Source of the DNA: Myxococcales bacterium | GTDB taxonomy: Bacteria; Myxococcota_A; Polyangia; Polyangiales; Polyangiaceae | Direction: 5' to 3' | Assembly: GCA_043747615.1 (NCBI GenBank) | Contig: JAYTOU010000042.1 | Coordinates: 32,001-96,000, forward strand | DNA length: 64,000 nucleotides | Shown: piece by piece, positions 32,437-41,754 of the stretch | How positions within the stretch are numbered: position 1 is the first letter of the stretch | Layout: each line of letters begins with the position of its first letter | The notes under the pieces: generated by a model | The model's database searches: none | Told to the model about the DNA's origin: nothing | What the model saw: only the letters and a program-made list of their open reading frames with translations | Program-made: the position numbers and the translations under genes

Positions 32437-34134
32437 ATGGCCGAGCATTCCGCGTCGGACGACCTGGACACTTCGGGGACCACGTCCGAATCCTTGAAGG
32501 GAGGGACGCGCCTCGGTCGTTACGAGCTTCTGCTGCCCATCGCCACCGGCGGCATGGCGAGGGTGTGGGCGGCGCGTCAGCACGGACAGCGGGGCTTCAG
32601 CAAGCTTGTCGCGATCAAGACCATCCTCCCCCACCTCGCACGCGAGCCCGAGTTCGAGCGGATGTTCCTCGACGAAGCGAAGATTGCTTCGCTCGTCCAC
32701 CACCCGAACGTTTGCGAAATCTACGAGCTCGGCGAAGAGGGGCAGGTCCTCTATCTCGCGATGGAGTGGGTCAGCGGCGACTCGCTCATGCACGTCCTGC
32801 GGATCTACGGGGACAACGGTGAGGCGCGTCTCGAGGCCATCGATCTCAGGGTAGCTGCGCGCATCGTGGCCGACGGATGTGCAGGGCTTCACGCGGCGCA
32901 CGAGCTCCTCGACGAAGGCAACAATCCGATGAACGTGGTTCATCGCGACGTGTCCCCGCACAACCTCCTCCTCACCGCCGAGGGTCACGTTAAGGTGGCC
33001 GACTTCGGCGTCGCCAAGGCGCTCGGGCAAACCCATCAGGCGACCGTCGCCGGGCAAATCAAGGGCAAGCTGGCGTACATGGCCCCTGAGCAAGTGACGG
33101 GTGCGCCCATCGATCGCCGGAGCGACGTGTTCTCCGCGGGCTGCATTCTCTACGAGGCGACGACCGGGCAGCTCCCGTTCAAAGGAGAGGGCGATCACCA
33201 GATCATGCACTCGCTCCTAAAGGGCGAGTACGCGCTCCCATCGAAGATCCTCCACGGCTTCCCGCGGGACCTCGAAAAAATCATCATCAAGGCGATCTCG
33301 CCCAACCCTGGTGATCGCTTCAACACCGCGCGCGAAATGAAGATCGGGATCGACGACTGGCTCGCCGCTTCCGGACCCGCCGTCACGCCGCCGCACGTCG
33401 CGATGGTCGTTCGCGCACGGATCGGCGCGGTCCTCGAAAAACGTCGCGAGAAAATTCGCGTGGCCTCGCACGTGCACCAGAGCGTCAGTGCAAGCGGTGC
33501 GATCATCAGCCTCCCGGGCGGAACGCCTTCTCAGTCTCACGCCATCCAGCCCTCGGCGAGCGGTGTAATTCCCAAGGCAGGTGATTACAGCAACGTCGCC
33601 GGAGTGACGCCGCCCCCGCCGCAGATTTCGGACCTCGGATTTCCCATCGCAAACGCGGCCTACCGCGTGAACGTCCCGGACCCCGCGATGGCCGAGGTTC
33701 ATTCTGGCGCGACGGCGGCCGTGTCGAACGCGATGTCGATGCAGTCGGACTCCGGTTACGCAGCGGGCGAGGAGCCTCCGCCGAGCATTGGGAAATATTT
33801 GTTGGCAATGGCCATCGGAATCGGCGTCGCTCTCGTGGTCGGACTCGTTGCGATTTTCGCAATCCACACCGCGCGCAAATTCTTTAGTCCTGCGCCCCAG
33901 GTCGAGCCGCCGCCGCTGGTCGTTCAGCAACCGCCGCCCGCGAGCCTACCGAGCGTGAGCGAGCCCGCCCCGTCAGCTCCGCCTCCTGCAGCCGCTTCGC
34001 CTTCTGCAGCCGCACCGCCCGATCCCGTGAAGCCGCCGCCGGTGAAGGAAGTAAAGGTCGAACTGAAGCCCGAGCCGCCGAAGCCCGAGCCGCCGCGGCG
34101 CCCGCACAACGTCGGACCAACGCGACTTCCGTGA
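32437..34134 (+). CDS. Membrane-anchored Ser/Thr protein kinase
   Basis: ATGGMARVW, VAIK, HRDVSPHN, DFGVAK, GKLAYMAPEQ; TM then Pro-rich tail. Confidence 0.95.
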   Translation: MAEHSASDDLDTSGTTSESLKGGTRLGRYELLLPIATGGMARVWAARQHGQRGFSKLVAIKTILPHLAREPEFERMFLDEAKIASLVHHPNVCEIYELGEEGQVLYLAMEWVSGDSLMHVLRIYGDNGEARLEAIDLRVAARIVADGCAGLHAAHELLDEGNNPMNVVHRDVSPHNLLLTAEGHVKVADFGVAKALGQTHQATVAGQIKGKLAYMAPEQVTGAPIDRRSDVFSAGCILYEATTGQLPFKGEGDHQIMHSLLKGEYALPSKILHGFPRDLEKIIIKAISPNPGDRFNTAREMKIGIDDWLAASGPAVTPPHVAMVVRARIGAVLEKRREKIRVASHVHQSVSASGAIISLPGGTPSQSHAIQPSASGVIPKAGDYSNVAGVTPPPPQISDLGFPIANAAYRVNVPDPAMAEVHSGATAAVSNAMSMQSDSGYAAGEEPPPSIGKYLLAMAIGIGVALVVGLVAIFAIHTARKFFSPAPQVEPPPLVVQQPPPASLPSVSEPAPSAPPPAAASPSAAAPPDPVKPPPVKEVKVELKPEPPKPEPPRRPHNVGPTRLP

Positions 34135-34143
34135 GGTAGGCCG

Positions 34144-36708
34144 CTACGCCCAGCGCACGAGCGAGGTCTCGAACGGGTGGCTGAGAGCAGAGTTCCACGG
34201 ACGGATGCGCGCTGCAAAGGCGTGCGCGCCGCTGTCGTTTGTAGGGATTTCGCCGGTGTAGCGGAAGCTTCCGTCGTCGGCCTTTCCGACGAGGTCCATG
34301 CGCACGACGGCCCCATGACCGAGCTCGTGACCGCCGTTGGTCGGACCGTGATAGAGCTCGACCACGACGTCGTCCGGCACGAGAGTGCCAAGCTGCACGA
34401 CAGCTTCGACGCGCATCCGCTCACCGACATGAAGCTGCTCGGCCGAGCTCAGCGCGACCTCTTGAACGGCAACGTTCGGCCACGCGAGGTTCACGCTCTC
34501 CTTCCATGAGGCGAGCTTCTGCGCGCCGCTCAGGTTTCCGGCCATCATCGTCTCGGAGAGAGCAATCGCCGGCACATAATATTTCTCGGTGTACTCGCGG
34601 ACCATTCGTGCGGTGTTGAACTCGGGCACGAGCTTGGAGATCGCATTCTTCATGCGCTTGATCCAGGCGCGGGGAAGCTGATTGCGCGACTCTCTCAGGT
34701 AGAAGAGGGGGACTACTTCGCGCTCGAGAAGATCGTAGAGGACCTCGGCTTCCACGTCGTCGCCTGCGCCCTCGACGTATTCCTCTCCGCGGCCGATGCC
34801 CCAGCCAACCTCCCAGCCGTGGCGGTCCCAGGCCTCCGCCCACCATCCATCGAGCACGCTCAGGTTCAGGGCGCCGTTGGCAGCGGCCTTCATTCCGCTC
34901 GTGCCGCTCGCTTCGTGCGGTCGACGCGGCGTGTTGAGCCAGACGTCGACTCCGGAGACCATGGCCCGCGCGATGCGCATGTCGTAGTCCTCGATGAATA
35001 CGACTTTGCCAATGAGGTCCTTGTCTCGGCTGGCGTGGACGATCGAGCGAATGAGCTCTTTGCCGCCCTTGTCTTGCGGGTGCGCTTTGCCCGCAAAAAT
35101 AAGTTGCACGGGGCGATCGGTATTGCTGAGGAGGCGCTTTACGCGATCCATGTCGCTGAAGAGGAGAGCCGCTCGCTTGTAGGTCGCGAACCGTCGCGCG
35201 AATCCTATGGTGAGGGCGCGCGGATCGAGCACTTCGTCGGCGCTGGTGATGGCCTCGGCGGCTTGGCCCTTTCGTTCTGCGGCGCGCCGCAGCCACCTGC
35301 GTGAGAGGGCGACAAGACGATGGCGACGGTGCTCGTGGGCCTGCCAGAGCTCCGCGTCGGGGATGTCCTGTGCGCGCGCCCACAGCTCGGGGTCGTCTGT
35401 CGCCTCGGCCCAACGCGGGCCCAAGTAACGCGTGTAGAGTGCACCATGTTCGGCAGAGATCCAGGACGCGATGTGGGTGCCGTTGGTAATGGATCCGATC
35501 GGCACCTCGTGCTCTGGGAGGCCGGGCCAGAGCGGCTGATACATCTTTCGAGAGACGTCGCCGTGAAGCGCGGAGACGCCGTTGTAGTGGTCGCACGAGT
35601 GGATCGCGAGCACGGGCATCGAGAACTTCGCCGCCTTGTCGGTCGCGTCGATGCGCCCGAGCGAGAGCAGCTGATCTTCGGTGATTCCCAGGGCCGCGCG
35701 GTAAGGCTCGAGGTACTTGCGCACCAGCTCCGGCGCGAAGACGTCGTTGCCCGCGGGCACCGGCGTGTGGGTCGTGAAAATATTTTGCGCCGAGCACGCT
35801 TCTTTGGCGACGGTGAAGGACGCTCCGCGATCACGCATCAAGCGCCCGATCCGCTCGAGCGCGAGGAACGCCGAGTGCCCCTCGTTCATGTGGCACACCG
35901 TGGGGGACATGCCGACCGCCTCGAGGGCGTGGACGCCGCCGATGCCGAGCATGATCTCTTGGCGAATGCGGAACTCCGAGTCCCCTCCGTAGAGGGGGCC
36001 GGTGATGGAGCGATCGATCGGGGCATTCACTTCGAGGTTCGCGTCGAGCAAGAAGAGAGGCACGCGGCCGACTTGAACGCGCCACAGCTGCGCCGAAATA
36101 ATTCGATCCGGATAGGCCACGCGGATCATGAGGCGCGCGCCTGCAGGGTCGAGCACCGGCTGCACCGGTAGGCGATGCCAGTCGTTGATCGGGTAGCGCT
36201 CCCCTTGCCAGCCGTCGTCGTTCAACACCTGGCGGAAGTAGCCCTCCGCGTAGGCCAGGCCGACGCCGACCAGAGGAAGCCCAAGATCGCTAGCCGTCTT
36301 TAGGTGATCGCCGGCCAAGACGCCGAGACCGCCCGAGTAGATCGGCAGCGACTCGTGAAGCCCGTACTCCATCGAGAAATAGGCGATCGTCGCGTCCTTC
36401 GCTTCCGGGAAGCGCTTCTTGAACCAGCCGCCGCGCGAGAGGTAGCTCTGGAACGTGGTCCATGCGGCCTCGAGATGGCTGAGGAACGCGTCGTCTTGCC
36501 CGAGGTCGTCGAGGACTTTCTGGTCGACACGGCTGAGAAGCTCGATGGGATTGCCATGAACCTCTTCGTAGAGGTCCGCGTCGATGCGGAGGAAAAGCTC
36601 CCTTGCTACCGGGGACCACGCCCACCAGAGGTTGTGGGCAATCTCGCGCAGTCGCTCCAAGGACTTGGGGAGGCGCGGAAGGACTGTGTACCGGCGAAGC
36701 GTAGGCAT
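34144..36708 (-). CDS. glgP: Alpha-glucan (glycogen) phosphorylase
   Basis: YFSMEYGL, YSGGLGVLAGD, HMNEGH, GFARRFATYKR, GKAHP, PLP-binding EASGTSGMK. Confidence 0.96.
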   Translation of the reverse strand: MPTLRRYTVLPRLPKSLERLREIAHNLWWAWSPVARELFLRIDADLYEEVHGNPIELLSRVDQKVLDDLGQDDAFLSHLEAAWTTFQSYLSRGGWFKKRFPEAKDATIAYFSMEYGLHESLPIYSGGLGVLAGDHLKTASDLGLPLVGVGLAYAEGYFRQVLNDDGWQGERYPINDWHRLPVQPVLDPAGARLMIRVAYPDRIISAQLWRVQVGRVPLFLLDANLEVNAPIDRSITGPLYGGDSEFRIRQEIMLGIGGVHALEAVGMSPTVCHMNEGHSAFLALERIGRLMRDRGASFTVAKEACSAQNIFTTHTPVPAGNDVFAPELVRKYLEPYRAALGITEDQLLSLGRIDATDKAAKFSMPVLAIHSCDHYNGVSALHGDVSRKMYQPLWPGLPEHEVPIGSITNGTHIASWISAEHGALYTRYLGPRWAEATDDPELWARAQDIPDAELWQAHEHRRHRLVALSRRWLRRAAERKGQAAEAITSADEVLDPRALTIGFARRFATYKRAALLFSDMDRVKRLLSNTDRPVQLIFAGKAHPQDKGGKELIRSIVHASRDKDLIGKVVFIEDYDMRIARAMVSGVDVWLNTPRRPHEASGTSGMKAAANGALNLSVLDGWWAEAWDRHGWEVGWGIGRGEEYVEGAGDDVEAEVLYDLLEREVVPLFYLRESRNQLPRAWIKRMKNAISKLVPEFNTARMVREYTEKYYVPAIALSETMMAGNLSGAQKLASWKESVNLAWPNVAVQEVALSSAEQLHVGERMRVEAVVQLGTLVPDDVVVELYHGPTNGGHELGHGAVVRMDLVGKADDGSFRYTGEIPTNDSGAHAFAARIRPWNSALSHPFETSLVRWA

Positions 36709-36759
36709 GCGCGGCAGGATAGTGGTTAACGTCGTTCTCGACTAAGGGAAGAAGCATCC

Positions 36760-37746
36760 ATGAGTCCCGAATCGTTCACGGTTCCACGCTGGCTCCGGAG
36801 CGCGCATTTGCAAACGCTTGGGGCCGCGCTTCCCCTGTGGACGTCGTTCCGCACTCGGCCCGCCGAGCTGGTTCGCTACCCGCTACCCGGTGGTGACGGC
36901 GCACTCCACGCGCGGGTGTGGTGGCAGCAGGAAAAGGCGCGCACCGTAGTCCTCGTTCACGGCGTGGGCGGCACGAGCGAGTCCAAGTACGTACTGCGCG
37001 CGGGGGTCTCCCTCTACCGCGCGGGTTTTCACGTGATCCGTCTGAACCTCCGGGGCGCAGGTGAGGGCATGATCGACGCGCCGTCGCTCTACCACGGGGG
37101 TCTCACCGAAGATCTCTCGGTCACCGTCGATGCGCTACGCAGCGATCCGCGCGTCGCAGACATCGCACTCGTTGGATTTTCCCTCGGAGGCAATGCTTCT
37201 CTGAAGATGGCGGGGGAGTGGGGGTCGAGCGTGCCGAAGGGAGTGCGCGCCGTTGCGGCTCTCTCCGCACCGCTGAATCTGGTCGAGGTCTCGCGGGCCT
37301 TCGAGCGTTGGCGCGCGTATCCGTACAGCCGCTACGTTCTGCGCCATCTCGTTGCACAGGCGACCGCGTTTCGCCGCATGCATCCCGCGCGTGCAAACTA
37401 CGCGCTCGAGGATCTCCGTCGCCTCCGTACGGTGCGCGCGTACGACGAATGCGTCGTCGCTCCGATGCACGGCTTCGACAACGCCCTCGCGTACTACCGG
37501 TCGGCGAGCTGCGGGCCGTTCCTTCGTCGCATCGAGGTGCCGACCCTCCTCGTGCATGCCGCCGACGATCCGATGGTCCCCGATTTCACGGTGCGTCCGT
37601 GGCTAAAAGAGCTTCCCCGCAGTGTCCGCGTGGCCTGGAGCGAGTGGGGCGGGCACGTCGGTTGGTTCGGAGGACTGACCGAGGATCACTGGGTAGAGAC
37701 GTGGGCCATGCGGCGTGTCCTGCGTTTCTTGGGCGAGGAGTGCTAG
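36760..37746 (+). CDS. YheT-family alpha/beta hydrolase
   Basis: HLQT, HGVGG...YV, GFSLGGN nucleophile elbow, ADDPM, GGHVGW. Confidence 0.9.
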   Translation: MSPESFTVPRWLRSAHLQTLGAALPLWTSFRTRPAELVRYPLPGGDGALHARVWWQQEKARTVVLVHGVGGTSESKYVLRAGVSLYRAGFHVIRLNLRGAGEGMIDAPSLYHGGLTEDLSVTVDALRSDPRVADIALVGFSLGGNASLKMAGEWGSSVPKGVRAVAALSAPLNLVEVSRAFERWRAYPYSRYVLRHLVAQATAFRRMHPARANYALEDLRRLRTVRAYDECVVAPMHGFDNALAYYRSASCGPFLRRIEVPTLLVHAADDPMVPDFTVRPWLKELPRSVRVAWSEWGGHVGWFGGLTEDHWVETWAMRRVLRFLGEEC

Positions 37747-37839
37747 CGCATCTAGGCCCACATGGCCGGGCCATCGCCGGAGGCGATTGACACAGCTCGA
37801 CGTTGACCGCGGCATGGACCCGGCGAGACAATGTGCAGA

Positions 37840-38787
37840 ATGGAGTCTCTGGCCGTGCAGGGCGTTTTTCGCAATTCAAAAGCGGCGAAGGCAGATGCGG
37901 ACATGCAGCGTGAAGTGCGCGCGCATTTCGATGCCCACCCCGGCGTGCGATTTCTCGTTGACGTACTGGCCGCGCTTCACGCCCGTCCCGATCCGGTGCG
38001 CAGCGCCGCCATGTTCTACAAAAAATTTCCGGCGTCCGTCACGATGGAGGCTCTCGAGCATCGGGCTGACCTTCGCGCGCGCGTGTTGCAGGCGCTGACC
38101 GCAGGGCCGCCGTCGCTCACGCGGCGTATGGCGCCCGCCGTGATCACCGCTCAGATCGAGCTCCTCGTAGATCGAGACATTCCCGGTGACGAGCGCGCCG
38201 TCCGCGCCGAAGAAGACCGCGCTCTGTCGGTCCACGAGCTCTACCTCAAGTACCTCGACCCGATCGATCTCGCCGCGTACCTGCCCGCACGCGAGCTCTG
38301 GGCATACGAGGCGCAAGGCTCGTGGTGGGAGAAGGGAACGGATGCCACGCGCCGTCTCATGGCCGCCGAGATCAAAAGCATTCGCCGCCACAAGATCCTC
38401 TCCGACAGCGACCTCATCGACGCGATCGGCGACGACGTACTCGAGCGCGATCTTCCGGTCGCCGTGAGGACCGCGATCCGGGGGGCGATTCGGCGCGCCG
38501 CCCGGGAGAGCAAGCCTTTCACGGACACCGATCTCTTCGATTGCGTTCGCACTCCCGACGGAACGCGCGATCTCGTCGACAGCCTGGCCGAGAGCGTGCC
38601 CCTCGCCGCCTTGCGAAACCTCGTGGTCCGCGCGGCTCAGGTCCTCGAGCTCGAAGCGATGCCCGCGCCGCCAGCGCCTCCCCCGGAGCCCGTCGTCGCG
38701 AGCGGAGAGCCTTCGCTGATGGAGTCACTTGCTCCTCCCTCGATTCCCGCGCCCAAGAATCGCGATGCCGAAAACGATGTCAGCTGA
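37840..38787 (+). CDS. Hypothetical protein
   Basis: Long ORF with normal GC-rich codon usage, helical content and Pro-rich tail; start 37831 or 37840. Confidence 0.7.
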   Translation: MESLAVQGVFRNSKAAKADADMQREVRAHFDAHPGVRFLVDVLAALHARPDPVRSAAMFYKKFPASVTMEALEHRADLRARVLQALTAGPPSLTRRMAPAVITAQIELLVDRDIPGDERAVRAEEDRALSVHELYLKYLDPIDLAAYLPARELWAYEAQGSWWEKGTDATRRLMAAEIKSIRRHKILSDSDLIDAIGDDVLERDLPVAVRTAIRGAIRRAARESKPFTDTDLFDCVRTPDGTRDLVDSLAESVPLAALRNLVVRAAQVLELEAMPAPPAPPPEPVVASGEPSLMESLAPPSIPAPKNRDAENDVS

Positions 38788-40054
38788 GCGACCGCCGGTA
38801 ACCAGCGTTCCTCGTCCCCGCCCGGACGACATCCCCGCAGTCGCTCGCGAGCTCACGGCCGCCGTCCTGTCGTGGTCGCAGCACAACGCCACGGACGCTC
38901 TGTCTGCGCTGCAGCGAGCTGCGGAAGCCGCCGCACAGGTGGGTGCAAAGCCACGCGCGCTCGAGCTCCTTCGCGCGGCGGGGGCGCTCGCGAAGATCGT
39001 CGACGCCGATCAGTTGAAGAGGCCGGTTTCGGCCTCCGAGGTCGACGAGATGTTCGAGTTCGACGAGCCCGCGCAGAAGAAGCCTCTCGGCGAAGAGGCC
39101 CCTACCGCGCCCCGTTTGGCGCCGACTACCAAGATCGAGTTGGCGACGGCTGCGTCGAAAGCGCCGCAGAGAACGTCCAAAGCCCCCCCGCTCCCTGGGT
39201 CTGCAGCGCCGCCGCCACTGCCGCCACTTCCGGTCCCGCCGTCACCCACCGCCGCTGCGCCCCCTGCGAAGCCGGCACCCGAGCGCCCTGCGGACCCTCC
39301 TCAAGACACGGTGCAGCCTCCTTCGACACGCGCGTTCGATCACGTCGAAGCGCTCGCTGACGTACCGCGCGAAGTGCGCGAAGCCTTGCTCGCCGGCGCC
39401 GAGCCCTTCACCGTCGCTGCAGGGAAAGAGCTTTCTGCGCCCGACTTTCTCGTCCTGACGGATGGATCGCTCGAGGTGCGTTCCGCGAAGAGCGCATGCG
39501 CGATCGAGAAGATCGACGCGTTGCACGTGCGCTTGTTGAAGGGACCGTCGAGCCTCGTCGTCGTCGGCGGCCCCGTCGGCGCGCACGGTCTCGTTCTGCG
39601 TGTCGATGCGTTTCAGGCTTTGCGCGCCGCCGCCCCCCGAGTCGCAGAAGAGCTCGACACATGGGCCGAACATCTTCACGCATTTGCCGGCCTTTTTCAG
39701 GGCGATCTAGGGGCACGTCTCGATGCCGGACTCCTCGACGAGCTTCGAAAAAAGCTAGAGGTTCGTCGACTTGCTCCAGGCACGCTCGCCGTGAAAGCAG
39801 CGGAGAAAGTCAGGGCCCTCGTGCTCGTGGGCGGCGGCGAGCTCACGATTCATTCCGCGCCCGCGGCGGACGGTCCGATCGTCGAACGTGTCACCGTCGG
39901 GGGGGTCCTCTTCGCGAGCGAGCTCGCCGATCAGCGCGCGGCCCCCGCGACCGTGCGTGCCGGTGCGAAGGGCGCCGTCCTCCTCGTCGCCAAGCGGCAT
40001 GCGACCGAAGAAATTCTCGGCGACGCTCGCTTGCGCGCGCTCGTCATCGGTTGA
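38777..40054 (+). CDS. Protein with two degenerate cyclic-nucleotide-binding (CAP-like) domains
   Basis: ATG 38777 overlaps the previous gene; C-terminal VRRLAPG.LAVKAAEKVRALVLV..GEL...GGVLFASEL...APATVRA resembles a cNMP beta-roll. Confidence 0.55.
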   Translation: MSAERPPVTSVPRPRPDDIPAVARELTAAVLSWSQHNATDALSALQRAAEAAAQVGAKPRALELLRAAGALAKIVDADQLKRPVSASEVDEMFEFDEPAQKKPLGEEAPTAPRLAPTTKIELATAASKAPQRTSKAPPLPGSAAPPPLPPLPVPPSPTAAAPPAKPAPERPADPPQDTVQPPSTRAFDHVEALADVPREVREALLAGAEPFTVAAGKELSAPDFLVLTDGSLEVRSAKSACAIEKIDALHVRLLKGPSSLVVVGGPVGAHGLVLRVDAFQALRAAAPRVAEELDTWAEHLHAFAGLFQGDLGARLDAGLLDELRKKLEVRRLAPGTLAVKAAEKVRALVLVGGGELTIHSAPAADGPIVERVTVGGVLFASELADQRAAPATVRAGAKGAVLLVAKRHATEEILGDARLRALVIG

Positions 40055-40081
40055 CTTTCGGATCCCAGAACAGACGCCAGA

Positions 40082-41104
40082 TCAGGCGACGTACGGCGTC
40101 TCGTCCTCGAGCACCACGGTGTTCTCGAGGCGCCCCATTCCCTGAATTTCAAGGGTGACGGTGTCCCCGGCGGCGAGCCACTGGTTGTGGGTGACCTTGG
40201 ATCCATTGAGCTCGAGGAAGCAGCCCGTCCCGCACGTCCCCGATCCGATCACGTCGCCCGGATAGAGCGTGACGCCGTAGCTCGCCCGCTCGATGATCTG
40301 CGCGAACGTCCAATTCATGTCCTTCACGTTGCCGCGCGAAACTTCGATGCGGTTCACCATGGCGCGCATTTTTAGATCGAACACCGCGCCGTTTGCGGTC
40401 TTCTTGGTGTGAGGTGCGAGCTCGTCGAGTGTGACTAGGAAAGGGCCAAGGGCGGTCGCGAAATCTTTCCCTTTCGCGGGGCCAAGCGAGAGCTTCATCT
40501 CTTCCATCTGCAGAGCGCGCGCAGAAAAATCGTTCATGATCGTCATCCCGAAGATGAGCTCGTCGGCGCGCGAGGCAGGCACGTTCTTTCCCTGCTTGCC
40601 GATCACAATCGCAGCTTCGAGCTCGAAATCGAGGCGATCCAAGTGCTGCTTCTGCACTCCCACCTCACCGGGCCCTATCACCGCCTGATGGTTCGTAAAG
40701 TAGAAGACCGGAAATTGGTCGAACTCAGGGATCATCTCGAGTCCGCGATTCTTTCGGGCGGTCTCCACGTGCTGGCGAAAAGCGTAGCCGTCGCGCATCG
40801 AAGGCGGGCGGGGGATCGGCGCGAGGAGCTTGAGGTCGGCGAGGGCGTACACGCGCACCGCGGGAGGCAGCTTTTTCTCCGTGTGCCAGGCGACCATCTG
40901 GTCTGCTGCGGGGCGCGCTTCCGTGTTGTGCTCGATGAAGCCGAGGACTCCCTCGCCGTAGCGCTCCTTCACAGTGGAGGCGTCCGCCTTTCGCCCGTGC
41001 GCTTCCTCGAACGAAACGAGGGCGGTTACGAGATCGAGCACGTGCTCCCCGACGACGACGCCAGCGCGCGCGTGCCCCCGTTCGTGAAAGGTGACGAGCT
41101 TCAT
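40082..41104 (-). CDS. Fumarylacetoacetate hydrolase family protein
   Basis: RDGYAF.QHV, PVFYF, LDFELE, NDFSAR..Q, KGKDFAT.LGP, PGDVIGSGT. Confidence 0.93.
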   Translation of the reverse strand: MKLVTFHERGHARAGVVVGEHVLDLVTALVSFEEAHGRKADASTVKERYGEGVLGFIEHNTEARPAADQMVAWHTEKKLPPAVRVYALADLKLLAPIPRPPSMRDGYAFRQHVETARKNRGLEMIPEFDQFPVFYFTNHQAVIGPGEVGVQKQHLDRLDFELEAAIVIGKQGKNVPASRADELIFGMTIMNDFSARALQMEEMKLSLGPAKGKDFATALGPFLVTLDELAPHTKKTANGAVFDLKMRAMVNRIEVSRGNVKDMNWTFAQIIERASYGVTLYPGDVIGSGTCGTGCFLELNGSKVTHNQWLAAGDTVTLEIQGMGRLENTVVLEDETPYVA

Positions 41105-41173
41105 GCTGCGCTTCTACCATAGGTCGCATGATGTTTATGACGCGACACAGCTTCCCAAAGGTCGGTTAGGGGC

Positions 41174-41659
41174 ATGGCGTTTGCTCCGCTTGGCTCTCTC
41201 CCAAAAGGAATCCTCGCGCTTCTCTACGAGGTTTCGCGCCACCTCCTGCGCAGACCGGTCGTGGGAATCGCTGCCGCCGCCCGTGTTCCAGACGGTCGGT
41301 GGGTGCTCATTCGCCGCGCCGACACCGGGACGTGGGCGATGCCGGGAGGGACGCTCGAGTGGGGAGAGACGCTTCGGGTGGCCCTCGCCCGCGAGCTCGA
41401 AGAGGAGGCCGGGATCGTCAACCCAACCATGGGTAGGGTGATCGGCGTCTATTCACGCCCCGACCGCGATGTGCGCTTCCACGCAGTGACCATCCTCGTC
41501 GAGTGCCAGGTCGAGATTCCCGTCCTTTCTCCAAAGAATCCGCTCGAAATCCGGGAGGTGGCGCTCTTCGAAACCAAGGACGTTCCGCGCCCGCTCGCCA
41601 TGGGCATGGACGACATGTTCAACGACGCAGCCTCAGGTAAGCTCGCCCTCGTCGAATAG
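41174..41659 (+). CDS. NUDIX hydrolase
   Basis: Nudix box PGGTLEWGETLRVALARELEEEAG; YSRPDRD. Confidence 0.92.
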   Translation: MAFAPLGSLPKGILALLYEVSRHLLRRPVVGIAAAARVPDGRWVLIRRADTGTWAMPGGTLEWGETLRVALARELEEEAGIVNPTMGRVIGVYSRPDRDVRFHAVTILVECQVEIPVLSPKNPLEIREVALFETKDVPRPLAMGMDDMFNDAASGKLALVE

Positions 41660-41754
41660 CGCTCCCGGAGAACTTGGTGCGTGCTCGTTCGTACGTAGGT
41701 GGCGTGACGAAGTTCATGCGACACAGCCTGCCGAAGGTCGGCTAGGGGACGGCA

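Noticed and set aside
32356..33210. Apparent 284-aa N-terminal extension of the MFS transporter (697-aa ORF)
   Set aside because: It is mostly antisense to the kinase at 32437-34134, and the MFS signature begins at ATG 32355.
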